DNA from: a virus
Reading direction: 5' to 3' (one strand)
Virus record (IMG/VR): IMGVR_UViG_3300048066_000291
Location: 19,142-83,141 of that record
Length of the DNA: 64,000 nt
The notes under the pieces were generated by a model. The model did no database searches. It saw only the letters and a program-made list of their open reading frames with translations, and was not told where the DNA came from. How positions within the stretch are numbered: the stretch's first letter is position 1; the number at the start of each line of letters is the position of its first letter. The position numbers and the translations under genes are program-made. Of this stretch, positions 48,314 to 56,350 are shown one piece after another.

Positions 48314-49555
48314 CTAGTCTACATTCTTCCAAGTAAATGCTCCAAAGAACATTTCATCTTCTGACATCTGTCCCCAAGGCACACTTCTACTAGGATCAGG
48401 ATTCATAGGATTGTCTGCTGAATTATCAAATGCTCCTTCCACATGAAGTATAGTTCCTTTAGGTATATACTTAGGTTCACGCCAAGTATAACTTAATTGC
48501 CAAGCATAATCATACTTGGGTATGTCAATTAGTTCTTCCCAGGTACCATCCTCGTAGTACGCTGTTGCTTTCATGCTCTTGCCACGGAAGTGCATGTGTG
48601 GTAAGAACGTGTGTAACATGATATCTTGTTTGACAACAATTTCTGCTTCTTGTACAAAGTTAGGATCGTATGGCGGAATATTCGTCCAAGTATTTGGGAA
48701 TATACAAGCACAATCGCCTGCCATTCTTTCTTCTGGTACTACACCTTCGTCATGGAAGTATAAACCAATACGAGCTTTGTCCGTTCTAGCAGTTCCATCT
48801 GGTGTATAGTGCAACTGTAAATTTACAATTGAACCTGCACGTAACAGTCCACCAGTGTTAGCATCGTAGTAGTCTGGTGTGCCGCCTGGAACATAAGCAC
48901 TGATTTGTGCATAGTCCATATTGCCTTGTCCTTCTCCACTTGTACCTAGCAAGTTCATATTGCGTTCACCGGGTATACTAACTGTGTTTAGCATATGATG
49001 CATAACAGTAGGTTCACTGGGTAAAAATTCTGAACCACGTAACCAACGGTCCTCTGTAAGTCCTAGGTCAACACTAGTATAACGATACGGAATAGCATTT
49101 GGACCAAGTGTGCCCACAGCAGGTATTTCCTGTGCTGGTACTTCTATTATCATATCAGGTTTGCCATTCACCCATTCACTTGTAGAATATTCTGTAAGAG
49201 TGAGCGGATCAACATCGCCGTCAACAGGTGCGCCTGCATCAATCCACGCTACAATAGTCTCCATTTCTATGTGACTCAGCGTTCTATGATTGATTATGTC
49301 CTCAGCATACTTAGGATTAATTTGTCCTGGAGGCATACGTTTTGTTTCAATAGCTTCTTTAATTGCAGGCGCAAATGCTTGTAACATTCTATAGTCAGTC
49401 ATTGCCCACGGTGCTATACCGTTTTCTCTGTGGCAAGCCTGACATTGCTCTACAAAGATAGGTGCTACATTTTCTGCATAGTCTATAGCAACATCGTCGT
49501 GTGCATACGCAACAGATGTTAATAAACTACTTACTAGCAATATTAATTTTTTCAT
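48314..49555 (-). CDS. Secreted cytochrome c / copper type II (PHM/DBH-like) monooxygenase fusion, copy B
   Basis: Signal peptide (AYA); CQACH and MPP heme ligands; CuH ligands MHHM and QLHY; CuM ligands PHMH and DEM. Confidence 0.85.
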   Translation of the reverse strand: MKKLILLVSSLLTSVAYAHDDVAIDYAENVAPIFVEQCQACHRENGIAPWAMTDYRMLQAFAPAIKEAIETKRMPPGQINPKYAEDIINHRTLSHIEMETIVAWIDAGAPVDGDVDPLTLTEYSTSEWVNGKPDMIIEVPAQEIPAVGTLGPNAIPYRYTSVDLGLTEDRWLRGSEFLPSEPTVMHHMLNTVSIPGERNMNLLGTSGEGQGNMDYAQISAYVPGGTPDYYDANTGGLLRAGSIVNLQLHYTPDGTARTDKARIGLYFHDEGVVPEERMAGDCACIFPNTWTNIPPYDPNFVQEAEIVVKQDIMLHTFLPHMHFRGKSMKATAYYEDGTWEELIDIPKYDYAWQLSYTWREPKYIPKGTILHVEGAFDNSADNPMNPDPSRSVPWGQMSEDEMFFGAFTWKNVD

Positions 49556-50810
49556 TCCTTTCTTCCTTTAGTTTGTTGTATCCTTCATCGTCTAAGTGTG
49601 TGATAGCAAGCCACGCATGAGTCATTTCATCTCCTGTACGTGAACCTCCCATTACCCACATATCAGGGTCTGGATTGTTTGGGTTATTTTCTGTATTGTC
49701 ATACCATTGCTTTAGAACAATAACTGCTCCAGCTGGTAAGAGTGGTGCAACGTCCGGGTCATACAAATGACTGTGATGCCATGTTGCACTCCAATTACTT
49801 ACTTGGCTAATCTGTTCTGTGCGTCCTGTCTCTGGATAGAATATTTCTAAACTTGCTGCGTTCATACGCAAGTGTCCATGTGGTTGAAAACTATCTAGTC
49901 TAACTGGGTGATCAAAACTGTGGAAGCCTTGTGTCATGTAATAACCATGTGGTGGGATAACTATATCGTCCTGATCCCCTAAGCGATATAAACTTAAATC
50001 TTGTTTGTATTTCAGTTGTTCGCTTTCCTCTTCGGTGTATAACCAAAGACCAATCTCTACCACGTTGTCTTTTATAACTGATCCTGGTGCCATTGCTCCA
50101 AGTCCACCTGGAAACATGTGTATGTCCCAACGTACTTGCGAGTTTGCTGGTAGTGTACGACATACTCCTTCTGGAACAATCTCTCCCCACTTTCCCATAG
50201 CATACTCCGTGAGCATTGCTTGACGTCCTCCGTCTATAACAATATTTGAGTTTGCATGGTGGACTACTGCTTTTGCTTCGCCACGCGGCTTAACTTGTAC
50301 CGCTTTAATACAACGGTCTTCAGTTAGACCTGTAGGAACCAAATGTTTGTGCCACAAGTCATTACCATTTGCAGGGATATCTATTGCTACACTTGGAATG
50401 ATTAAATTAGGTTGTCCAAAGTCGCCTTCAAAGTTCCATGCTTCTGGATCAGGAAGGTTAGCTGGTTGTACTACTATATCTTGACTACCATATTGTGCTC
50501 CTGCGTTTACCCACTCAACAACTGTGTCTATTTCATCTTGCGATAACCGCCAGTCACCTTGTAGGTCTTGAATGCCAATACCGTGATCGTATGCATACGG
50601 AGGCATTTCTCTGTTTGCTACACGCATCTGTATTAATGGAGCCCAAGGTCTTACTTGCTCGTATGTTTCAAAGCTCATTGGCCCAATACCACCCGCACGA
50701 TGACATACTACACAGTTATCGTTAATGATAGCTGCTACTTCGTTGGTATATGTTTGTGCTGATAGTACAAGCGGGAATAAAGCCGCTAATGCTGCTGTAA
50801 TGTATTTCAT
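49527..50810 (-). CDS. Secreted cytochrome c / copper type II (PHM/DBH-like) monooxygenase fusion, copy A
   Basis: Signal peptide (LSA); CVVCH and MPP; CuH ligands VHHA and DIHM; CuM ligands PHGH and DEM; SD AGGAG. Confidence 0.85.
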   Translation of the reverse strand: MKYITAALAALFPLVLSAQTYTNEVAAIINDNCVVCHRAGGIGPMSFETYEQVRPWAPLIQMRVANREMPPYAYDHGIGIQDLQGDWRLSQDEIDTVVEWVNAGAQYGSQDIVVQPANLPDPEAWNFEGDFGQPNLIIPSVAIDIPANGNDLWHKHLVPTGLTEDRCIKAVQVKPRGEAKAVVHHANSNIVIDGGRQAMLTEYAMGKWGEIVPEGVCRTLPANSQVRWDIHMFPGGLGAMAPGSVIKDNVVEIGLWLYTEEESEQLKYKQDLSLYRLGDQDDIVIPPHGYYMTQGFHSFDHPVRLDSFQPHGHLRMNAASLEIFYPETGRTEQISQVSNWSATWHHSHLYDPDVAPLLPAGAVIVLKQWYDNTENNPNNPDPDMWVMGGSRTGDEMTHAWLAITHLDDEGYNKLKEERNEKINIASK

Positions 50811-50901
50811 ATATAATTCTCCTGGAATTATTAATATTTAAACACATTACAGCAGTAACGCAACCTATTTTACGTGATTGTTACAATTTGTTGCATCTTG
50901 A

Positions 50902-51066
50902 TTATTCTGCTTTCCAAATTGTCCATGCTCCGTAAGCAATAGCACCGTATGCAACAATGCTTGCTAGTGGTTTAAAGATAAGAAACACAATTCCAGCACC
51001 AATTAATACTGCACCGTCCATTGTTGTTCTTTCTTCTAGTCTTTTCTTTATCCAAGATTTAACCAT
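50902..51066 (-). CDS. Small 2-TM membrane protein (54 aa)
   Basis: Manual translation MVKSWIKKRLEERTTMDGAVLIGAGIVFLIFKPLASIVAYGAIAYGAWTIWKAE; SD AGGAGG. Confidence 0.8.
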   Translation of the reverse strand: MVKSWIKKRLEERTTMDGAVLIGAGIVFLIFKPLASIVAYGAIAYGAWTIWKAE

Positions 51067-51086
51067 TTTTGTATCCTCCTGACTAA

Positions 51087-51100
51087 TATTTATGTAAATA
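51087..51100. promoter_or_regulatory. Palindromic back-to-back late promoters
   Basis: TATTTA-TG-TAAATA reads TAAATA on both strands, between two divergent genes that both have AGGAGG SDs. Confidence 0.65.
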
Positions 51101-51124
51101 TATGTTCCTTAAGGAGGAAAAAAT

Positions 51125-51421
51125 ATGTTTAAATGGTTAACAAACTTATTTGCTGGAAACACTCGAGCTACAGGTACTGAAAAAATTACAAAAGTAATTG
51201 AACAGAATGTTGCTCAACCGGCAAAGAAAGTTGAAAAGACAGTTGAAAAGATCATCGACGTCGAAGTAAAAACTGTAAAAGCAACAAAGGCAAGTTTATC
51301 AAAACTTACCAAACAAGGCTTAGAAGATTTTGCTAAAGAAAATTACGGTGTTGATATTGACAAGCGTAAGAAAAAAGCTGACCTAGTAGCAGAAGTTATT
51401 AAACTATCTAAGAAGGCTTAA
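51125..51421 (+). CDS. Basic protein with a Rho-N/HeH-like helical nucleic-acid-binding motif
   Basis: L.KLTK..L..FAK...GV......KKADLV..V; SD AAGGAGG. Confidence 0.7.
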   Translation: MFKWLTNLFAGNTRATGTEKITKVIEQNVAQPAKKVEKTVEKIIDVEVKTVKATKASLSKLTKQGLEDFAKENYGVDIDKRKKKADLVAEVIKLSKKA

Positions 51422-51695
51422 TCATACTCTTTAATTGATCAATTGCAGTCTCACAGCGAGTCAGCTTACGCTCTAAAACAGTGATAGCTGCTCGCTGTTT
51501 TCTTGACTGTTCTTCCAAACTATTCACATATGTAAGTGTTGGTACTTCTTGTTGACTGCCATCTTCGCTCATCATGACAAACTTATCAACACCTTGTGCT
51601 TTTAGTCCGCCAGTTACTCTGTTGGGATTTTTATTAGATGATGATTGGGTCTGGGCTGGTTGCTTCCTGCCGTACATGTGATTCAAATAGCTCAT
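51408..51695 (-). CDS. Hypothetical coiled-coil late protein
   Basis: Start moved to MSYLNHM (SD GGAG and late promoter upstream). Confidence 0.7.
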   Translation of the reverse strand: MSYLNHMYGRKQPAQTQSSSNKNPNRVTGGLKAQGVDKFVMMSEDGSQQEVPTLTYVNSLEEQSRKQRAAITVLERKLTRCETAIDQLKSMIKPS

Positions 51696-52761
51696 TATTG
51701 TTCTCCATATAGTATTTATATAGTGCAATACTTGCAAGATTCTTGCACTTGCTCTCGCACATAATATCTGCATAGTCTAAGAAGCTCAATGCCCAATCGT
51801 TAACAAGTTGGTTAGGATAGTAGTCACTGTGCGCACGAAGTTTTGCTTTCTTGTAGCCTGCTTCAAGTAGTGCTGGCATATCAGGCATAGTATCGTGTGT
51901 AAAGTCTTGTGGTAACCATTCGTCTCTGCTGTAACTGTAATGTATCACAGGACGCACACCACGCCAGCTGTCAATTACGCGAGCAAATCTATCGTCGGTT
52001 GGTAATATATATTCAGCTTCGCGACACCAGTGGTGGTGTATGTCCAGTACGAGGGCGAGTTCGTCGGCAAGTTCAAGACTTGCGTCGAGTCCCCACTTGT
52101 TCTCGTCGTTCTCGATTGTGATGGTGTTTCTCGCTTCTGGCGATAACCGCTTGAGGGCGGCTTTGATACCGGCTGGACCTTTGCGGCCTGAGATGTGTAC
52201 GTTACACTTGAAGTCTTGGAATTGTACGCCGTAGCCCATCCACCTGATGCAATCCACATGATATTCAAACTCCTCTATACTACGTTCTACTATTTCTTCA
52301 CTATCTGAAGCAAGGACTGTAAATTGGCCCGGGTGCATCGAGAGTCGAACATTGAGGGCTCTTGCCGTTTGTCCAACTTCTGCAAACGCTCTTTCCGCAT
52401 ATGCCACCACGTCAGGCTTACGCCAAAAATAACTCCAATCAGGCTGGGTATAAACAGGAAGTACATCAGAACCCAATCGTACCATCCGAAGTTCAGGTGG
52501 AAGTGATCCCACATACTCAATCAACCTTTTGTATGACGCAATGTTATGGACCATGATGTCCCACAAGCGTTCTTCAGCAACATCACGTGTCTGCCTGTTA
52601 AGCCACTGTACTGTTGTGCTACGAGTATTTAGCGGGCGTTGTATTTCTTCTAAGATCTTTTTCTTCTGCGTTTGATCTGGATGCATGTATTTGCAAGCAA
52701 AACCAATACGCTTTTGTGTACTGTTCATATAGTCACCACATGTTGTAAATTTTAAGTCCAT
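51634..52761 (-). CDS. uvsE: UV-damage endonuclease
   Basis: RIGFAC, RLGSD, RLSMHPGQF, IENDE, LDIHHH, HYS, RAHSD, MCESK.K. Confidence 0.93.
   Translation of the reverse strand: MDLKFTTCGDYMNSTQKRIGFACKYMHPDQTQKKKILEEIQRPLNTRSTTVQWLNRQTRDVAEERLWDIMVHNIASYKRLIEYVGSLPPELRMVRLGSDVLPVYTQPDWSYFWRKPDVVAYAERAFAEVGQTARALNVRLSMHPGQFTVLASDSEEIVERSIEEFEYHVDCIRWMGYGVQFQDFKCNVHISGRKGPAGIKAALKRLSPEARNTITIENDENKWGLDASLELADELALVLDIHHHWCREAEYILPTDDRFARVIDSWRGVRPVIHYSYSRDEWLPQDFTHDTMPDMPALLEAGYKKAKLRAHSDYYPNQLVNDWALSFLDYADIMCESKCKNLASIALYKYYMENNNELFESHVRQEATSPDPIII
51713..51720 (-). promoter_or_regulatory. T4 consensus late promoter TATAAATA inside the uvsE 3' end
   Basis: Exact T4 late motif 17 bp upstream of ATG 51695. 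Confidence 0.65.
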
Positions 52762-52766
52762 AGTTT

Positions 52767-52795
52767 ATTATAACACCTTTATTTCCAATTGTCAA
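52767..52795 (-). promoter_or_regulatory. Sigma70 promoter, predicted leaderless uvsE transcript
   Basis: TTGACA-17-TATAAT, 5 bp, ATG. Confidence 0.8.
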
Positions 52796-53486
52796 TCACC
52801 CATTGGTCCTTACATCTGTGAGGATTAGGATCTCCATGAAATACTGCAATAGCTGTATTATCTTTAATAATAGGATCTCCGTTTACTGCAAAGTCTCTCT
52901 GACCTCTTGGATTTGAATCAAAGTCAGGTTTGCCGCGCATTTCCCATTTATAACTTTGTATCCATTCGTCCGGCCAATATTCGAAGTCGTTTGTATCTTT
53001 TAAGTTTGCATAAATCCAATCTTGATCACCCGGATATCTGTGTGTTATTATATTATGTGATTTTATAAAATCATTGTATATACGAGGCATTGATCCCGAT
53101 TCTAGTCTAAATATACTAGAATTCATTTTCTTAAAGTTTCTTACAACAAATCTATTAAAGTCACGTATAATACAAAAACGTCCTGGCTTATATGAAAAAA
53201 GTCTATCTATATTTCTAAATATAATCATATCTAGATCTAAAAACAATATAGTTCCTTTAAGATCTATGTTAGGATCAAATACAAAAGGTTTATACCACCA
53301 ACCCGTAACACCATTTGTTATAGGTAGATCCTTAATTACTACTTCAGGATTGATGCCTGTAGAATCTTCAGTCATGCAAACAAATTCAAACGGAACAGTT
53401 AAGTTATGCTTTACACCATTGTAAAGTTTATTAACATATTCCGCCGAGTATTTGTTGCCGTACTTTAGACAGACAACGTAATTCAT
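52779..53486 (-). CDS. GT-A fold glycosyltransferase (GT8-like)
   Basis: K.G.KY...YV..L, WW.K, FLDLD (DxD), NSS, GDQ.W, FHG.P.P; start set at MNYVV. Confidence 0.82.
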   Translation of the reverse strand: MNYVVCLKYGNKYSAEYVNKLYNGVKHNLTVPFEFVCMTEDSTGINPEVVIKDLPITNGVTGWWYKPFVFDPNIDLKGTILFLDLDMIIFRNIDRLFSYKPGRFCIIRDFNRFVVRNFKKMNSSIFRLESGSMPRIYNDFIKSHNIITHRYPGDQDWIYANLKDTNDFEYWPDEWIQSYKWEMRGKPDFDSNPRGQRDFAVNGDPIIKDNTAIAVFHGDPNPHRCKDQWVIDNWK

Positions 53487-53932
53487 TATGCTTCGTAAAT
53501 CGCCGAGTTTGCTCCGTGTTCTGCACACTCTACTCGTACGCAATAACAACGATTATCTGTTTTTTCTCTAATGAGCTCGTCTGCAAAGTTAAATGCGTGT
53601 TCTGCAAACTTCTCTGCACCAACACCATCAAACACACGAATGTGTGCAAGATCCATTGCTTCAAGTTCACGCATCTTATCTAGATGTGGATCGTTTTTAT
53701 CAACTGCTACTTTATGATCAAAGTGATCTTCTAGCCAAGCCTTGAGTGGCTTTAGTCCGCCAAAGTCAACAGCCCAGTTTTTATTATCTAGTTCGTCACA
53801 TCCAAATGTAAATGTAAATGCTAAACTGTAACCGTGTAACAAATGACAGTGTGAATGATCTGCGTTAGGTTGACGGAACACTGCTGATAATCCAATGTTG
53901 TGTCCGTAATGTTTTGTACTGTAATAAGCCAT
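53486..53932 (-). CDS. queD: 6-carboxytetrahydropterin synthase / PTPS family
   Basis: C..LHGY, VDFG.LK, FDH, AE..A, E...NSA. Confidence 0.9.
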   Translation of the reverse strand: MAYYSTKHYGHNIGLSAVFRQPNADHSHCHLLHGYSLAFTFTFGCDELDNKNWAVDFGGLKPLKAWLEDHFDHKVAVDKNDPHLDKMRELEAMDLAHIRVFDGVGAEKFAEHAFNFADELIREKTDNRCYCVRVECAEHGANSAIYEA

Positions 53933-54535
53933 CTATATCTCCTGTTGTTGATTATTTAATATAACTTGTGTAGGCAGTGTGTTAAAACTAATAACTATTC
54001 TGTTATCACTGCTGTTGTTTTCTCTAGTGTGATGCATTAAGTAACTGGGGAATAATATTAATCTACCAGTCACAGTATCTATTACTGCTTCTTTTGCAGT
54101 AAATGGTGTGTCTAAAGCAGGTATATCTAATATTTTAAAATCGTTTAAAGGATTCTTCAAAACTAAAGGACATGTTTCTGCTTCTGCCGACACATATAAT
54201 GCTCCGCTAATAGTACTAACTTTGTGTTGATGTTCTAATACTTTGCCATTAGGCGCCATAATATTAAACCAACTGCTGGTAATACTTAAATCTTGTAATC
54301 CGGTATTTTTTGCATATTCATTTACTGCTAGTGATAGCTGTTGTTTTATACTCAATAGTGCTTCTTGATCTAATAGATAAAGCTCGCCTTTAACAGTATC
54401 ATGACTACTTACGCCAGCAGATACTAATCCATGCTGTCCTGAAATATCTAAGGATTTAAAATATTCTTCATTGATATTTTTAGGTATATTAATACCATAA
54501 ATGCCAACTGGAGTAGGAAATAAGTTATGTATCAT
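53933..54535 (-). CDS. Putative 2OG-Fe(II) oxygenase (TIGR02466-like)
   Basis: LFPTP, SW.N, H.H, ISG..Y, LILFPSYL.H, RIVISFN. Confidence 0.85.
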   Translation of the reverse strand: MIHNLFPTPVGIYGINIPKNINEEYFKSLDISGQHGLVSAGVSSHDTVKGELYLLDQEALLSIKQQLSLAVNEYAKNTGLQDLSITSSWFNIMAPNGKVLEHQHKVSTISGALYVSAEAETCPLVLKNPLNDFKILDIPALDTPFTAKEAVIDTVTGRLILFPSYLMHHTRENNSSDNRIVISFNTLPTQVILNNQQQEI

Positions 54536-54541
54536 ACAGTA

Positions 54542-54570
54542 AGTATACTATAAACTATCTAGTTTGTCAA
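54542..54570 (-). promoter_or_regulatory. Sigma70 promoter, predicted leaderless transcript
   Basis: TTGACA-17-TATACT, 6 bp, ATG. Confidence 0.78.
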
Positions 54571-55126
54571 GAAAAACATTAGGCTTTTTCCACGACTTAG
54601 GTCGATTCCAGCCTTCTGGTTGATAGATAGTAAATTTTACTTTAGGATAGTATTCAAATACTTTAGCAATTTGGTATATCCAGTATCGAGGATCGATTGC
54701 AGTCTTTTCCGCCGCAATGTAGTTTTTAGTGCCTTTATAGATATTGTTTACTGTATGTGTTTGACTATACAAGTCAAAGCCTATTAGATTTACTTCGTCT
54801 TCTAGTGTTGCACCGAGCAATACTGCATACGGACCGCTTCCCCAGTTTTTTGGTTGATCAGTGCGTTCCATACCAACATAAGGAAGATTTGGCAAAGTTC
54901 TTATATTTTTAGTGTTAGTGTATGAATCGTGTATTTCTGATCGTGTGTGTATTCTACTTTGCTGATTATAGTCTGCTTCTAATGCTTCTATAAGCATTCG
55001 CTTGTCTACACATACTAAATGATCTAAGTTGTAATCTCTATAAATTGCATTACAACCAATTTTTTTACCGGAGAGAGAATCGATATTAATCTTTGTTCTG
55101 CTCTCTCCGTTCCCGATTATGTTCAT
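54548..55126 (-). CDS. Putative glycosyltransferase-like Rossmann protein (Maf/sialyltransferase-like motifs)
   Basis: IIGNG.SR, GCNAIYR, VCVD, SG..A, LIGFD. Confidence 0.6.
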   Translation of the reverse strand: MNIIGNGESRTKINIDSLSGKKIGCNAIYRDYNLDHLVCVDKRMLIEALEADYNQQSRIHTRSEIHDSYTNTKNIRTLPNLPYVGMERTDQPKNWGSGPYAVLLGATLEDEVNLIGFDLYSQTHTVNNIYKGTKNYIAAEKTAIDPRYWIYQIAKVFEYYPKVKFTIYQPEGWNRPKSWKKPNVFLDKLDSL

Positions 55127-55421
55127 CTTCTAAATCTAATCTAATTGTCGATAAGTCTTTTTGTACAGTGTCAAGGCTAGTAGATGTGTTGCTCAACATA
55201 GTTGTTACTTGTGCTATAGTCCACATAACCCACCACCACCAAACTACTGAAATAGCAAAGATAATTGTTCCACCGCTAATTACTATAACAGAGTATATAT
55301 CATCTGTGCCAAATATTTTTATTAAAATGAGTGCTACGATACCTACAACGGGTAGTACAGAAGCTGCCCATGCCCATAGTTTAATTTGTTTTAATGATTT
55401 TTGATGAAAGTCTCTCATCAA
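55086..55421 (-). CDS. 2-TM membrane protein with a coiled-coil tail
   Basis: Two hydrophobic helices. Confidence 0.7.
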   Translation of the reverse strand: MMRDFHQKSLKQIKLWAWAASVLPVVGIVALILIKIFGTDDIYSVIVISGGTIIFAISVVWWWWVMWTIAQVTTMLSNTSTSLDTVQKDLSTIRLDLEDEHNRERREQNKD

Positions 55422-55451
55422 GCAGTAACTCCTATGAAAGACGTAGTTGTA

Positions 55452-56321
55452 TTAGGCGATTTTACCAAATGGGCTCCATAAGCCTGGTGTTCCACTTTCT
55501 GTACAAATCCACCCAACATATCCTCCACTGTTAGGTTTACTATTCCAAACCATATCGCCTTGTCGACAAGCGCCGTCTTTTGGAGCGTGTTCTGCATTAG
55601 CCATCTTCTTCCCGTCAAATTTAACGCCGCCGTTTACTGACAGTGCGATATCGTTTTCAATGTTACTTACATTAATACCTAACTTACCATTAACTACAGT
55701 TAATGATTTTTCATTACCTATTATTACATTACCGTTGTCTTTTACAACTATTCTACTACGGTTATCTGTTGTAATATGTAAATCTGTAGAAGTCCATGCA
55801 CCTACTGAAATTTTTCCAGGTGCTGTATCGACGACAAATTCTCCGTCTAATGTAGCAACGCCTAATTTGCCGTTCGGAGCTTCTGTGCCAATACCAAGTG
55901 ACTCGCTTGAAGATGTATAGTAGATATAGTCGTCAATGACTAAATCACCTTGTGTACGCAGATTGCCAAGTGTACCAACTCTTGTTAGGTTACTGTTTCT
56001 AACACTACTACCAAGTTCTGTTTTGCTTAGTAGTACGTTATTACCGATCATGAAAGATTTGCCTTCGTTAAGGTCAATACTTTCTGTACTCCAGAATCGA
56101 TCTGGACTTGCCCTAAACATAAACTGTTTATTAGGACCTGCTCCAGTCCACGACAACCCTAACCCAGTAAGTGTACCATCTTCTTTTGCTACAAACTTTA
56201 GGTTGGCTAACGATTTAACAGTTGTATCTTCCGGGTTTAAAGCACCATGGACAGTATTATTAATAGCTGATCCTAGTGCTGAAATAGCTGAATCTAATTC
56301 AGAATTATTGTTATTAGGCAT
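55452..56321 (-). CDS. Putative virion structural/fibre protein
   Basis: LT.VGTL..L, GIGT..P, GD.VWN..P..GG.VGWIC...G.PG.W fibre-tip-like motif; late promoter. Confidence 0.7.
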   Translation of the reverse strand: MPNNNNSELDSAISALGSAINNTVHGALNPEDTTVKSLANLKFVAKEDGTLTGLGLSWTGAGPNKQFMFRASPDRFWSTESIDLNEGKSFMIGNNVLLSKTELGSSVRNSNLTRVGTLGNLRTQGDLVIDDYIYYTSSSESLGIGTEAPNGKLGVATLDGEFVVDTAPGKISVGAWTSTDLHITTDNRSRIVVKDNGNVIIGNEKSLTVVNGKLGINVSNIENDIALSVNGGVKFDGKKMANAEHAPKDGACRQGDMVWNSKPNSGGYVGWICTESGTPGLWSPFGKIA

Positions 56322-56342
56322 ATCTTTTCATCTCCGTTACAG

Positions 56343-56350
56343 TATTTATC
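56343..56350 (-). promoter_or_regulatory. T4-like late promoter GATAAATA
   Basis: Overlaps the upstream stop codon. Confidence 0.7.

Noticed and set aside
5732-53932. A catecholamine-like pathway (PTPS/QueD + PCD + DHFR + DBH-like enzymes)
   Set aside because: The genes are scattered across different operons, no pterin-dependent aromatic amino acid hydroxylase is present, the PCD motif is degenerate, and each gene has a simpler explanation.
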